Assembly (NCBI GenBank): GCA_031972295.1
Contig: DALYEZ010000001.1
Span: forward strand, 57,759 to 121,758
Origin: Minisyncoccota bacterium
GTDB taxonomy: Bacteria > Patescibacteriota > Minisyncoccia > Phycocordibacterales > UBA5272
DNA: 64,000 nt
Direction: 5' to 3'
Position 1 is the stretch's first letter; each line of letters begins with the position of its first letter. This document shows, piece after piece, positions 38,539-48,912 of the stretch. A model generated the notes under the pieces. It was given only the letters and a program-made list of their open reading frames with translations, was not told the DNA's origin and did no database searches. A program made the position numbers and the translations under genes.

Positions 38539-38913
38539 TTGACATTTATATATTTTAATGCTATAGTATACGAAGCACTAGTTCATTTCACATACCAGAG
38601 GTTACAGATGAACGCAGAAACCCAACAACCGAAAAAAATTTCCCTGGAAGAGACACACATCTTCTGTTTTTGCATCGGAATACTAAACACCGTCATGGTT
38701 GGATACATACTTACCAAAAACGGTTTTCAGTACTTTGAAGAGCTGAAGGATCTAATCATGTTTGTGTTGTCTATCTACATAGCAATACGAATCAATCGTT
38801 TTATTGATCTTGATTATGAGTTCTTTGGTTTGCATTTGAAATCGGTGGTGCCTGCAATCTTGATGATAGGTGCAGTATCGGCGATTTTCAAGTACATACT
38901 GGTATATTTTTGA
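38539..38913 (+). CDS. hypothetical membrane protein
   Basis: 3 predicted TM helices. Confidence 0.35.
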   Translation: MTFIYFNAIVYEALVHFTYQRLQMNAETQQPKKISLEETHIFCFCIGILNTVMVGYILTKNGFQYFEELKDLIMFVLSIYIAIRINRFIDLDYEFFGLHLKSVVPAILMIGAVSAIFKYILVYF

Positions 38914-39423
38914 TCGAAAAAAACGGACGGCCAGAGGGCATTAACCAACAAGTTAGTGCCTTTTTATTTGCTTATATAAAAATAGAAAACCCGTCTTGCA
39001 ATAGGTTTTCTATTACATAAACGGGTTGTTACATTGAACCTGGCGATGGTTGAATTGGCGACAGTTGTTTCAACTCTTCAGAAAAAGCCACTGTGGGCTT
39101 ATCTCCCGAGAAGTTCTGGATGATGAATGCTTCGACACCATGTACCATGGTTGACTGAACCACTTTCATCTCACCACCTGAGACGCGACTGAGATCGCCA
39201 TAAAGCGGGGTGAAAAGAACAATACCCTTCATTGAATCCCTCCTCCTACAGTTGGTAAAAAGGAAACCACGCCATTAATTTATACTATATATTTGAATAA
39301 AAGTCAATAATACTAACCCTCACAACCTCCTCCCCCTTCAAAATCTAAGGGGAGATCATTATTGACAAATATGTACTCTAGTGGTAAAAATTGTTATTGT
39401 TCTCTGACAGAAGGGTGGTTTAT

Positions 39424-39666
39424 ATGCGAAACAAACTTCTGAGTGTATTTCTCGGAACAAATCCCAGCGACAAGGATATTTACGAGGCCAAAGGATTTTT
39501 GGCAGTAGCTGGCTTCCTTCTGTGGTTCTTTTGTTTTGCAATAATCGCGGAGCAAGGAATGCCATTCAGTTGGGCAGTACTCTTGCTGGCAGTTTGGGTA
39601 AGAATCATTAAGGCACTTGAAACCAATTTCGAGAAAGCGTCCGAACTTGAACGAGGAGGTGGCTAG
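39424..39666 (+). CDS. small hypothetical membrane protein
   Basis: 2 TM helices; start MRNKLL. Confidence 0.3.
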   Translation: MRNKLLSVFLGTNPSDKDIYEAKGFLAVAGFLLWFFCFAIIAEQGMPFSWAVLLLAVWVRIIKALETNFEKASELERGGG

Positions 39667-39947
39667 TGAAAATGACAGTTGCTTCAGCCTGTATTTATTT
39701 TATCGGCAAGGATGCCGATCCCGACAAACTGAATACCTTCAGAGTGCGCCTCTGGTTCGTGGTAGTGATTTTTTTCTTGTCGCTCACCACCATCGTCATC
39801 GCCATGTGTATGGAGATAGAAAATGGATGGATTGCTCTTCCTATCTGCCTTTGGAGCATGACGATGGCGAGTATTTACCGTTCGAAAACAATTTCAATTC
39901 AACAAGACAAACTAAGGAGGGGTGAATTTTGGACCCGCAAAGAATAA
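39666..39947 (+). CDS. small hypothetical membrane protein
   Basis: 2 TM helices; start overlaps the preceding stop. Confidence 0.3.
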   Translation: MKMTVASACIYFIGKDADPDKLNTFRVRLWFVVVIFFLSLTTIVIAMCMEIENGWIALPICLWSMTMASIYRSKTISIQQDKLRRGEFWTRKE

Positions 39948-40123
39948 GACTCTCACGAAATTTTGGACAGATATGGCATCGAGAATAAATCCGGTGCCAT
40001 TTTATTTTGCAAAAAAAGTAAATCCTAAAAATCCTAATATAGATTCACTTGCTGTAAACGAATTACTACTCCGAGTAGAGAAACTTGCAATAAAACGGCA
40101 TGTATACTATAGAATAGTAAGTT

Positions 40124-42541
40124 ATGAAGCTCTTAATCGTAGAATCTCCTTCTAAAGCCAAGACTATCGAAAAGTATCTCGATGGCGAATATACCGTACG
40201 TGCCAGTATTGGACACGTTCGTGATCTTCCTAAATCTAATAAGCAAGCTATCGACATTGAGGCTGGCTTTGTTCCGACATATGAGATTTCTCCCCGAAAA
40301 GACGCAGTAGTTGCTGAAATAAAAAAGCTCGCTAAAAAAGCATCTCAAGTGCTTTTGGCAACTGACCCCGACCGAGAAGGTGAAGCTATTGCGTGGCACA
40401 TACAAGAGGCTTGTAATTTGAAAGGTGCAGAGCGTGTGACGTTTAATGAGATCACTAAGGAAGCAGTGCTCGAAGCCATCAAACATCCCCGCGCAATTGA
40501 CATGAACTTGAAAGAAGCCCAAGAGGCACGTCGTGTACTTGATAGATTGGTGGGTTATGACCTCTCGGGACTTATTTGGAAAAAGGTACGCTATGGTCTT
40601 TCGGCTGGGCGAGTGCAGTCCCCTGCGCTCCGTATCATCATGGAACGTGAACGAGAAATTCGTGCATTCATTCCTGAAATTTTCTTTGTACTCGATGGTG
40701 ACTTTGAAACAACTGCAGTAAAAAAAATAAAGCTCACTCTTACGTGTGATGAAGAGCCGAAAACAAAAGATGAAGTTGATCGGATTCTGAAAATTGGCAA
40801 TGCACATGATTGGAACGTAGTGGACGTATCGCAAAGCGAAGCAAAACGAAGTCCGAAAGCCCCATTTACTACGTCTACCTTGCAACAAGCAGCGAGTTCA
40901 CGTTTAGGATTTTCACCATCACGCACCATGGGCGTAGCGCAGAAGCTTTACGAAAAAGGATTCATTACTTACATGCGTACCGACAGTACCAACATGTCAG
41001 CCCAAGCAGTTGCAGAAATAGCGAGCGTGATTACAAAACAATTTGGTAAAGACTACCTTGAAGTTCGACAATATAAAACAAAATCAAAAAATGCCCAGGA
41101 AGCCCACGAAGCAATTCGCCCAACACACGCAAGCGTAGGTCATGCCGGCGCAACAGATGATGAAAAAGAACTCTATGGACTCATCTGGGGGCGAACACTT
41201 GCTTCACAAATGAGTGACGCAAAAGTTTTGCGTACAAAAATTTCAGCGAATGTAGTTGCAAGTAAAGAAACTATTCCAAACTTTTCTGTAAACGGTTCCA
41301 TTACACTTTTCCCAGGATGGTTGCTGGCTGATCCAGACGGTAAGGGTGAGGACGTAGAATTACCTGCTCTTAAAGAAAAAGACGGACTGAAAGCACTCGA
41401 ACTCCGTTCGCTCCAAAAACAAACGGAACCACCAAGCCGTTATACTGAAGCCGGACTTGTAAAAGAGCTCGAAAAGCGTGGTATTGGTCGCCCTTCTACA
41501 TACGCATCTATTATTTCCACCATTGAAGAACGAGGGTATGTGGAGAAACAAGGTAAAACTCTCTTCCCTACTGACACTGGTGACGTAGTGAGCAGTTTCC
41601 TTGAAGAGCATTTTGGAAAATATATCAGTGACTCATTTACCGCAGAAATGGAAGACGAGCTCGACGAAATCGCAAACGGTACTCGCACATACAAAAAAAC
41701 ACTCGAAGAGTTTTACACACCGTTTTTGAAAGATGTGAAAGAGAAAGATAAGAGTGCGGGCAAAGCGACTGATTTAGGAAAAGCTGACTCCTCTATTCGG
41801 TGTCCAATCTGCACAAGTGATATGGTTATTAAACTTGGTAAAGGTGGGAAATTTTTGTCCTGCTCTCGATATCCAGAATGTACCGGTGCACTGACCCTTG
41901 ATGGTCAGGAAGTTGGCGAAGAAAAACCATTTACCTTTCACCCAAAAACAGGTGAAGCTATTTATCTTCTTACAGGACGCTTTGGGCCATACGTACAACT
42001 TGGTAAGAGTCCTAAGAAAGAACCAAAGGTAAAAGGAAAGAAAAAGAAAATTGCTGAGGAAGTTGCAGCACCAATAGTGCCCGCACCAAAACGAGCAAGT
42101 CTTCCTCCACGCTTTAAACCAGAAGACCTGACTCCTGAAATGGCAATAAAACTTCTTGAGCTTCCTCGAGATTTAGGAATGGATCCCAAGACGGGAGAAC
42201 CTATCATTGCAAACAACGGACGCTTTGGGCCATACGTTGGACGCAATCGAGAATTTAGATCTATTAAAAAACCACTCGATGCATACACCATAACCCTCGA
42301 GCAAGCAGTGGTGCTCTTAAACACACCGAAGGCATTACCAAAAGGCGCGACACTTGTGCGCACTGTTGGGATTCATCCAAAAACAAAACGTGAGATCCAA
42401 ATCTTGAACTCAAAATCCGGATTCTTTGTGAAGCAAGGCTTGCAGCGTATTTATATTCCTGACAGCATGAATGTTGAAACAATCACCCTTGATGAAGTTA
42501 TCGATATTATTAATTCTGCAAGTACACGCGGAAAAAGATAA
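40124..42541 (+). CDS. topA: DNA topoisomerase I
   Basis: Toprim MKLLIVESPSKAKTI; catalytic region; C4 zinc ribbon CPIC...CSRYPEC. Confidence 0.95.
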   Translation: MKLLIVESPSKAKTIEKYLDGEYTVRASIGHVRDLPKSNKQAIDIEAGFVPTYEISPRKDAVVAEIKKLAKKASQVLLATDPDREGEAIAWHIQEACNLKGAERVTFNEITKEAVLEAIKHPRAIDMNLKEAQEARRVLDRLVGYDLSGLIWKKVRYGLSAGRVQSPALRIIMEREREIRAFIPEIFFVLDGDFETTAVKKIKLTLTCDEEPKTKDEVDRILKIGNAHDWNVVDVSQSEAKRSPKAPFTTSTLQQAASSRLGFSPSRTMGVAQKLYEKGFITYMRTDSTNMSAQAVAEIASVITKQFGKDYLEVRQYKTKSKNAQEAHEAIRPTHASVGHAGATDDEKELYGLIWGRTLASQMSDAKVLRTKISANVVASKETIPNFSVNGSITLFPGWLLADPDGKGEDVELPALKEKDGLKALELRSLQKQTEPPSRYTEAGLVKELEKRGIGRPSTYASIISTIEERGYVEKQGKTLFPTDTGDVVSSFLEEHFGKYISDSFTAEMEDELDEIANGTRTYKKTLEEFYTPFLKDVKEKDKSAGKATDLGKADSSIRCPICTSDMVIKLGKGGKFLSCSRYPECTGALTLDGQEVGEEKPFTFHPKTGEAIYLLTGRFGPYVQLGKSPKKEPKVKGKKKKIAEEVAAPIVPAPKRASLPPRFKPEDLTPEMAIKLLELPRDLGMDPKTGEPIIANNGRFGPYVGRNREFRSIKKPLDAYTITLEQAVVLLNTPKALPKGATLVRTVGIHPKTKREIQILNSKSGFFVKQGLQRIYIPDSMNVETITLDEVIDIINSASTRGKR

Positions 42542-42588
42542 TTGAGAAATACTTGTCTTCTTAGCTATAAGATGGTTGTATATAAGAA

Positions 42589-44034
42589 ATGGCAACCATA
42601 GCAACCAAACCTTTTTCTGAATTAAAACCTCTTCTTAAAGACAAGAAGCTTTCTGAAATTGCGCTTATTGAGAAGGCATACCACTTTGCCAAAAAGGCTC
42701 ACGATGGCCAGGCACGAAAAAATGGAGAGCCGTACTTTAACCACGTATTTGCAACTGCAAAAAACGTGGCTGAACTTAATATTGATAGTCACACCATTTG
42801 TGCTGCCATGCTCCATGATGTTCTTGAAGACTGCCCTCAAGTAACTGAAGAAGAATTTAGAAAAGAATTTGGAGAAGATATTACGTTCCTTGTACAAGGT
42901 GTAACCAAACTTGGAAAATTAAAGTACCAAGGAGTTGAGCGACATGTGGAATCCCTCCGAAAGTTTTTCATTGCAATGGCAAAAGATATCCGTGTTGTGA
43001 TTATCAAACTTGCTGACCGTCTTCACAATATCCAAACGCTTGAGTTCGTTAAAAAAGAAAAACAGATGCGCATTGCCCTTGAAACTCTTGAAATTCACGC
43101 ACGGCTTGCTGATCGTCTTGGAATTGCAAAACTCAAAGGTGAGCTTGAAGATTATGCTTTCCCTTATGTGTACCCGAATGATTACAAAAAAGTTCTAAAA
43201 CTTTTACAAACACGTAAACAGGATGACGATGAACATGTCCAAAAAATGTTCCGGAAACTAAAACGGAAACTTGCAGAACAAAACATCAAGACTTCCATTA
43301 GCTATCGTGCAAAGCATCTCTATTCATTGTGGCGAAAGTTGGAGCGCTATGACATGGATATCAATAAAATCTATGACTTGATTGCAATTCGTATAATTGT
43401 GGACTCACCAGAGGAATGCTATCGAGCACTTGGTGTTATCCATAAAAACTGGCGACCAATTCCCGGCCGTATTAAAGACTATATCGCGGTTCCAAAACCA
43501 AACGGCTATCAAAGTCTTCATACAACTATTTTTACTGGAGACGGAAGCACAGTGGAAATACAAATCCGCACTCAAAAAATGCACGATGAAGCCGAGCTCG
43601 GTATCGCCTCTCACTTAATGTATAAAGAAGTTGGCAAGGATACTATCTCTAAAGAAATTGCAAAAAACACGACTTGGGTACAGCAATTGCTCCACTGGCA
43701 AGAAGATGTTGGATCACATGAACTCATGAATATTCTCAAGGCGGAGGTTTTTGATAAACGAGTATTTGTTTTAACCCCGAAAGGTGAAGTGGTTGACCTT
43801 CCTCGTGGTGCAACACCTATCGACTTTGCATATGCTATTCACTCTGATTTAGGAAGTCATTTAGCAAGCGCTAAAGTAAATGGAAAGATGGCAACACTCT
43901 CTACCCCACTTACAAGCTCTGATATTGTTGAGATAGAAACAAAAGAAAGCGCGAAACCAACTCGCAAATGGCTTGAGTATGTAAAAACGAATGACGCTCG
44001 ACGACATATTCAAAACTTTCTTGATGGAAAATAG
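42589..44034 (+). CDS. RelA/SpoT-family (p)ppGpp synthetase/hydrolase, short form (HD, synthetase and TGS only)
   Basis: HD motif HDVLED; synthetase DLIAIRIIV/GYQSLHTT; TGS; no ACT. Confidence 0.85.
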   Translation: MATIATKPFSELKPLLKDKKLSEIALIEKAYHFAKKAHDGQARKNGEPYFNHVFATAKNVAELNIDSHTICAAMLHDVLEDCPQVTEEEFRKEFGEDITFLVQGVTKLGKLKYQGVERHVESLRKFFIAMAKDIRVVIIKLADRLHNIQTLEFVKKEKQMRIALETLEIHARLADRLGIAKLKGELEDYAFPYVYPNDYKKVLKLLQTRKQDDDEHVQKMFRKLKRKLAEQNIKTSISYRAKHLYSLWRKLERYDMDINKIYDLIAIRIIVDSPEECYRALGVIHKNWRPIPGRIKDYIAVPKPNGYQSLHTTIFTGDGSTVEIQIRTQKMHDEAELGIASHLMYKEVGKDTISKEIAKNTTWVQQLLHWQEDVGSHELMNILKAEVFDKRVFVLTPKGEVVDLPRGATPIDFAYAIHSDLGSHLASAKVNGKMATLSTPLTSSDIVEIETKESAKPTRKWLEYVKTNDARRHIQNFLDGK

Positions 44035-44046
44035 TATACTGTTTGA

Positions 44047-44682
44047 ATGCGAAGCGTTGAGCATCTCATAGAACAACATCATCTCGCGCAAGAATCAAAA
44101 ACTTCTCTTGCGTTAAAAATTACCTTCGAACAATACCAGGACGATTTTTCTATTTCTGAAAAAGAACTCGGAGAAGCCGTACTTCTTGATGTTGGCACAG
44201 GCACAGGTGAATTTGTACACTACCTCAAAAAAATACTAGGAAATGATCACGTCTATGGAGTAGATTTTAATATCTCAACACCTTCCCCAGATCATCCATA
44301 CCTTGCCCACGGAGACATCCAAGCTCTTCCGTATGCAGATAATCTTTTTGACATTACTCTTTCTCGAAACGTACTCCATGGAATTTTTTTAAGTAGCCCT
44401 ACTGGTGCGTCAACAGAAAAGGCTTTGTCAGAACTTCTACGTATAACTAAAAATGGCGGTCAAATCCTATATGCAATAAAAAGCCCTGAGGCTATTAAAA
44501 AGGCAATCCTAAAAGACATCCAGAAGAAAGAAACTCAGGAAGAACTCTTGATGAGACTGCGGACCGGCGTTGAAACAGAGGCCCTTTATTTACAGCACCT
44601 GCAAACACTTGGTAATACAATTTCTGTGGTTTTCCGTGGGTCACGTAAAATAGTAAAAATACATAAACGTACGGTACAATAG
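44047..44682 (+). CDS. class I SAM-dependent methyltransferase
   Basis: VLLDVGTGTGEF motif I. Confidence 0.55.
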   Translation: MRSVEHLIEQHHLAQESKTSLALKITFEQYQDDFSISEKELGEAVLLDVGTGTGEFVHYLKKILGNDHVYGVDFNISTPSPDHPYLAHGDIQALPYADNLFDITLSRNVLHGIFLSSPTGASTEKALSELLRITKNGGQILYAIKSPEAIKKAILKDIQKKETQEELLMRLRTGVETEALYLQHLQTLGNTISVVFRGSRKIVKIHKRTVQ

Positions 44683-44686
44683 AACC

Positions 44687-45682
44687 ATGAAAGAATACGA
44701 TTTTGTAGCTATTGGCGACACAGTAATTGACGCCTTTATCCATCTCAAAGAAGCTGAAACACACAGTGATGCTCTCGGCAGAAATCGAAAACTCTGTATG
44801 GATTTTGGAACTAAAATTCCTTATGAAGCCGTATACGAACTGCCTGCTGTAGGTAACTCAGCAAATGCAAGTGTTGCCGCTGCTCGGCTTGGACTTTCTT
44901 CTGCTCTCATTACAAATATCGGAGATGATACCTATGCTGATAAATGCATCACTCACTTAAAAGACGATAATGTTTCTACTGAGTATGTTGTTCGACATGA
45001 GGGAAAGAAAACAAATTACCACTACGTACTTTGGTTTCAAGATGAACGAACTATTTTGATCAAACACGAAGCCTACACATACAACCTCCCTGCTCACTTC
45101 ACCGCACCAAAATGGATATACTTAAGCTCTTTTGCAAAAGAAGCAGAAAACTTCCACGACACTATTACTGACTACCTCCAAAAACACCCACAGGTAAAAC
45201 TTGCGTTCCAACCTGGCACTTACCAACTGAAACTTGGTTTAGATCGCCTCAAGAGCTTATACGCTCGCACAGAGGTATTTGTTTGCAATGTTGAAGAAGC
45301 ACAAGGATTACTTGGAGACACCACATCGTCTACACCTGATCTTCTAAAAGCAATTCACAATCACGGACCCAAAATAGTGGTAATTACCGATGGTGTACGT
45401 GGCGCATATATTTTAGTTGAAGGTAAAAGCTATTTTATGCCACCTTACCCTGATACAAAACCACCTCTTGAACGTACAGGTGCCGGAGATTCTTTTGCTT
45501 CGACATTTGTTTCAGCCCTCGCACTCGGACTAGCTCCTCTTGGGGCTATTATGTGGGCACCAGTAAACTCCGCTTCGGTTGTACAGTATGTTGGTGCACA
45601 AAAAGGATTGCTCACTAAGGAAGAACTTGAACAATTCCTTCGCTCAACACCTGAAGACTACAAACCCCAAGAAATAAAATAA
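44687..45682 (+). CDS. PfkB-family carbohydrate kinase
   Basis: N-terminal AIGDTVIDAF and C-terminal GAGDSFASTF motifs. Confidence 0.7.
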   Translation: MKEYDFVAIGDTVIDAFIHLKEAETHSDALGRNRKLCMDFGTKIPYEAVYELPAVGNSANASVAAARLGLSSALITNIGDDTYADKCITHLKDDNVSTEYVVRHEGKKTNYHYVLWFQDERTILIKHEAYTYNLPAHFTAPKWIYLSSFAKEAENFHDTITDYLQKHPQVKLAFQPGTYQLKLGLDRLKSLYARTEVFVCNVEEAQGLLGDTTSSTPDLLKAIHNHGPKIVVITDGVRGAYILVEGKSYFMPPYPDTKPPLERTGAGDSFASTFVSALALGLAPLGAIMWAPVNSASVVQYVGAQKGLLTKEELEQFLRSTPEDYKPQEIK

Positions 45683-45730
45683 TGCTGAAAACCTCACACG
45701 TGTGTACAGCACTCTTCTACAACTAAAAAA

Positions 45731-46693
45731 CTAAAGCTCTTTTGCTGCTTTTAGAATGTCATCTGCGGTGAGTTTGTAATGCTTGAAAAGTTCGTCTTGT
45801 GTACCTGACTGTCCGTATTTGTCTTGCACACCAATGAATCGCATTGGCACAGGATAATTTTGAGCCAAGAACTCTGCGACCGCACTTCCCATACCGCCCG
45901 CAACTTGATGCTCCTCTGCAGTTACAATTTTTCCAAACCGTTTTGCAAAAGAAAGAACAGCTTCACTATCAAAAGGTTTAATTGTGTGGAGATTTAAAAC
46001 TGCAACCTCATATCCTTCTTCTTCTAACTTTTGTGCCGCAACGATTGCATGATACACGAGAGTGCCACACGCAATGATCCCAACTTTTTTTTCATCATTC
46101 CGTATTTCTGAATCAAAAATTATATATGCTTTACCTAGTACAAACGGCGTTGCATCGTTGGTAATTATCGCAGTCTTTTCACGACCTAAGCGGATATATG
46201 AAGCCCCTCTCGTTTCAGCAATAGCAAGAGTAGCTTTTTTTGCTTCAATTGCATCACATGGGACAACTACGGTCATTTTTGGTAGCACTCTCATAAGAGC
46301 AATGTCTTCGATAGCTTGGTGTGTACCCCCATCTGGACCTACAGATACCCCAGCGTGTGCCCCGACAATTTTTACATTTACATCGTTGTAGGTAATAGTA
46401 GTACGAATCTGTTCCCAGTTTCGCCCAGGAGAAAACATTGCGTAGGAAGCCATGAATGGAATCTTGCCCATCGCTGCCATACCAGAGGCAACTCCTGACA
46501 TATTTTGCTCTGTAATCCCTACTTCAAAAAAACGTTCTGGAAATTTTTCTTTAAACAAAGAAATTTTAGTTGAGTCGGTCAAATCTGCACACAAAGCAAC
46601 AACATGAGAATCTTTTTCTCCTGCTTCAAGTAAACCTTCACCAAATCCTTGGCGAATAGGAACGTATTTAATCTCCAATGAATCTATTTTCAT
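45731..46693 (-). CDS. transketolase, C-terminal (pyrimidine-binding) subunit
   Basis: Tkt Pyr plus C-terminal domain pattern; partner tktN at 47373. Confidence 0.85.
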   Translation of the reverse strand: MKIDSLEIKYVPIRQGFGEGLLEAGEKDSHVVALCADLTDSTKISLFKEKFPERFFEVGITEQNMSGVASGMAAMGKIPFMASYAMFSPGRNWEQIRTTITYNDVNVKIVGAHAGVSVGPDGGTHQAIEDIALMRVLPKMTVVVPCDAIEAKKATLAIAETRGASYIRLGREKTAIITNDATPFVLGKAYIIFDSEIRNDEKKVGIIACGTLVYHAIVAAQKLEEEGYEVAVLNLHTIKPFDSEAVLSFAKRFGKIVTAEEHQVAGGMGSAVAEFLAQNYPVPMRFIGVQDKYGQSGTQDELFKHYKLTADDILKAAKEL

Positions 46694-46783
46694 ACGAGCT
46701 GTATATTCCTCTTTAGTATATCATCACAAAAAACAAAAACGGCCCTTTTGAGCCGTTTTTGTTTTTTAAAATAAAGTTTTTTA

Positions 46784-47116
46784 TTAAGCAATTTTCTTGA
46801 AACGACGACTACTTACAATCGCTACAACAATACCAATAATGATTGGAAGTACGATAGTGAGCACAAGACCGATAACACCTTGTACGTTTGCAAAAACATC
46901 AGTGAGAGCTGTTCCTGAATCTGCAATCTGCTTAATCTGAACACCTAAGATAATAAGGTAGAAAACCGCAACGGCAACTCCAGAGAAGAATGCTGATTTC
47001 AGAATACCTCTATGCGCAAGCGCTGAACCAACGATTATGAGTGCGAGTGAAAGTGGTAAAAGAATATTCACTGCGAAAACACTTAATTGAAATACGATGT
47101 CTAAAAATAATTGCAT
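46784..47116 (-). CDS. small hypothetical membrane protein
   Basis: 3 TM helices. Confidence 0.35.
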   Translation of the reverse strand: MQLFLDIVFQLSVFAVNILLPLSLALIIVGSALAHRGILKSAFFSGVAVAVFYLIILGVQIKQIADSGTALTDVFANVQGVIGLVLTIVLPIIIGIVVAIVSSRRFKKIA

Positions 47117-47166
47117 ATGTGTCTTAAATTATACCACCAAAACACTAGAAACACACAAGAAAAGAA

Positions 47167-47370
47167 CTACTTGAGAAGCCACTTCCCGATCCAAAATGAA
47201 ACCGCACCAATAAGAATTGCCACAAAACCAATACCAGCAATTGCCCCAGCAAAAGATATCTCATCATTAAAGCCTAAGACAGCTGGGATAAAAGCATACA
47301 ATCCCCAAAGAAACACGACGATTCCACCAAAAAGGAAAATTCCACCAAAAATAGTTTTTACTGTTTTCAT
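47167..47370 (-). CDS. small hypothetical membrane protein
   Basis: 2 TM helices. Confidence 0.3.
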   Translation of the reverse strand: MKTVKTIFGGIFLFGGIVVFLWGLYAFIPAVLGFNDEISFAGAIAGIGFVAILIGAVSFWIGKWLLK

Positions 47371-47372
47371 AT

Positions 47373-48224
47373 TTAGTTATTCATATTTTTTAATTCTTCA
47401 ATTGCGAGTGCGCCCTGCTCTTTGTTTGGAGGCATACCGTGCCACTTGTAATCATTCTCAAACATCTTTACTCCTTTACCAGGAATAGTGTGTGCAATGA
47501 TGACCGACGGACGATCAAACACGGCTTGCGCTTCGCCAACCGCAGAAATAATGTCCTGAAAATTATGTCCGTCTATTTCTTGTACGTGCCAATTAAATGC
47601 TCGCCATTTATCCGCAAGAGGTTCGAGTGGCATGATGTCTTCTGTGTATCCATCTATCTGAATATTATTTCTGTCGACAATAGCGATGATGTTTCGAAGC
47701 TTCTCTTTTCCTGCATGAAGTACCGCCTCCCACACTTGTCCTTCATTTAATTCCCCATCACCTAACATAGTGTAGAAAAAAACAGAGGATTTGTTGCCAT
47801 TATCAAGCCGGTCAGCAAGCGCCATACCTACTGCCTGAGAGAGCCCTGAGCCAAGCGGACCAGAAGACGTCTCGAGTGCAGAAAAATATTCTCGATGTGG
47901 ATGCCCTTGAAGTTTTGAACCGAACCTACGCAAGGTTTGAAGTTCTTCAACTGGAATGTATCCAGCATGTGCCATGGTTGCATAAAGCACCGGGCAGATA
48001 TGTCCATTTGAAAGAATAAGCCTGTCGCGATTTTTCCAAGTTAGGTTTAACGGATCATGATGCATGATATAAAAATAGAGAGCAGTAAAGATGTCTGCCA
48101 TACCTAAAGGTCCAGCAGTGTGTCCACTTCCCGCTTCAACAAGCATTTTGATTATCGACTGACGAATATCATTTGCTTTCTGTGTAAGCATTTCTATTTT
48201 TTCATCAGTAAGAGTTTGCATCAT
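47373..48224 (-). CDS. transketolase, N-terminal (TPP-binding) subunit
   Basis: GHTAGPLGMADIFTALYF; GDGELNEG. Confidence 0.85.
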   Translation of the reverse strand: MMQTLTDEKIEMLTQKANDIRQSIIKMLVEAGSGHTAGPLGMADIFTALYFYIMHHDPLNLTWKNRDRLILSNGHICPVLYATMAHAGYIPVEELQTLRRFGSKLQGHPHREYFSALETSSGPLGSGLSQAVGMALADRLDNGNKSSVFFYTMLGDGELNEGQVWEAVLHAGKEKLRNIIAIVDRNNIQIDGYTEDIMPLEPLADKWRAFNWHVQEIDGHNFQDIISAVGEAQAVFDRPSVIIAHTIPGKGVKMFENDYKWHGMPPNKEQGALAIEELKNMNN

Positions 48225-48910
48225 TATTGAGTAGTATCGAACAATTGTTCTAACTTCTTTATTGTACCAAGGGAATCACCTGACTCAAAGATTGCGCTCC
48301 CTGAAACGAGCCTCTCTGCTCCTGCTTGCACAAGAAGATGTGCCGTTTCTTCATTTACCGCACCATCAACAGAAACGATCATCTCAGGATATTTTTCTTT
48401 AATTAGTTTAATTCTCTCAAGCACTCGCTCATCAAATGATTGCCTCTGAAATCCTGGTCGCTCTATACCCATACATTGCACAGCATGTACTTGGTGGTCT
48501 TTATCAAGGAGTGAAAAAAGTTCAGTAAGCGGTCTATTATTATCTATCGCAAGTACAGCTTCCATATCGTAGTGCTCAAGCGCTCGAAGTGCCTTTAACA
48601 TTTCATCTTCTTTTGCCGAGCCCACATGAAGCACGGCGCGCATTCCACCAAGCTCCATTACTTTCTCAACAGCTTTCATAGGGTCAGTAACCATTAAATC
48701 AAACTCGTAGTTTACATCTTGCCAAAAAGGAAGCTCGGTATCTTGTGGAATATTTTCGAAACCACCATCATTGTATGGCCATGTTTGTGATGGAACAAAC
48801 TTCCCATCACAGAGATCTATCTGCACCCAAGGCACAAACTTAGCCACTCGTGCAACTTTATTATGTATCTCTTCAAAATCTTCGGGTAGAATTGCGGGAA
48901 TAATATGCAT
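48224..48910 (-). CDS. rpe: ribulose-phosphate 3-epimerase
   Basis: IIPAILPEDF, DLMV, VDGAVN, GSAIF pattern. Confidence 0.75.
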   Translation of the reverse strand: MHIIPAILPEDFEEIHNKVARVAKFVPWVQIDLCDGKFVPSQTWPYNDGGFENIPQDTELPFWQDVNYEFDLMVTDPMKAVEKVMELGGMRAVLHVGSAKEDEMLKALRALEHYDMEAVLAIDNNRPLTELFSLLDKDHQVHAVQCMGIERPGFQRQSFDERVLERIKLIKEKYPEMIVSVDGAVNEETAHLLVQAGAERLVSGSAIFESGDSLGTIKKLEQLFDTTQ

Positions 48911-48912
48911 AC

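Noticed and set aside
39029-39232. 67-aa minus-strand ORF
   Set aside because: No SD and no partner genes. Left unannotated.
46730-46765. A-U-rich hairpin (aaaacggc...gccgtttt) between the membrane ORF and tktC as a terminator
   Set aside because: Weak AU-rich stem inside an operon. Possibly an attenuator but not convincing.
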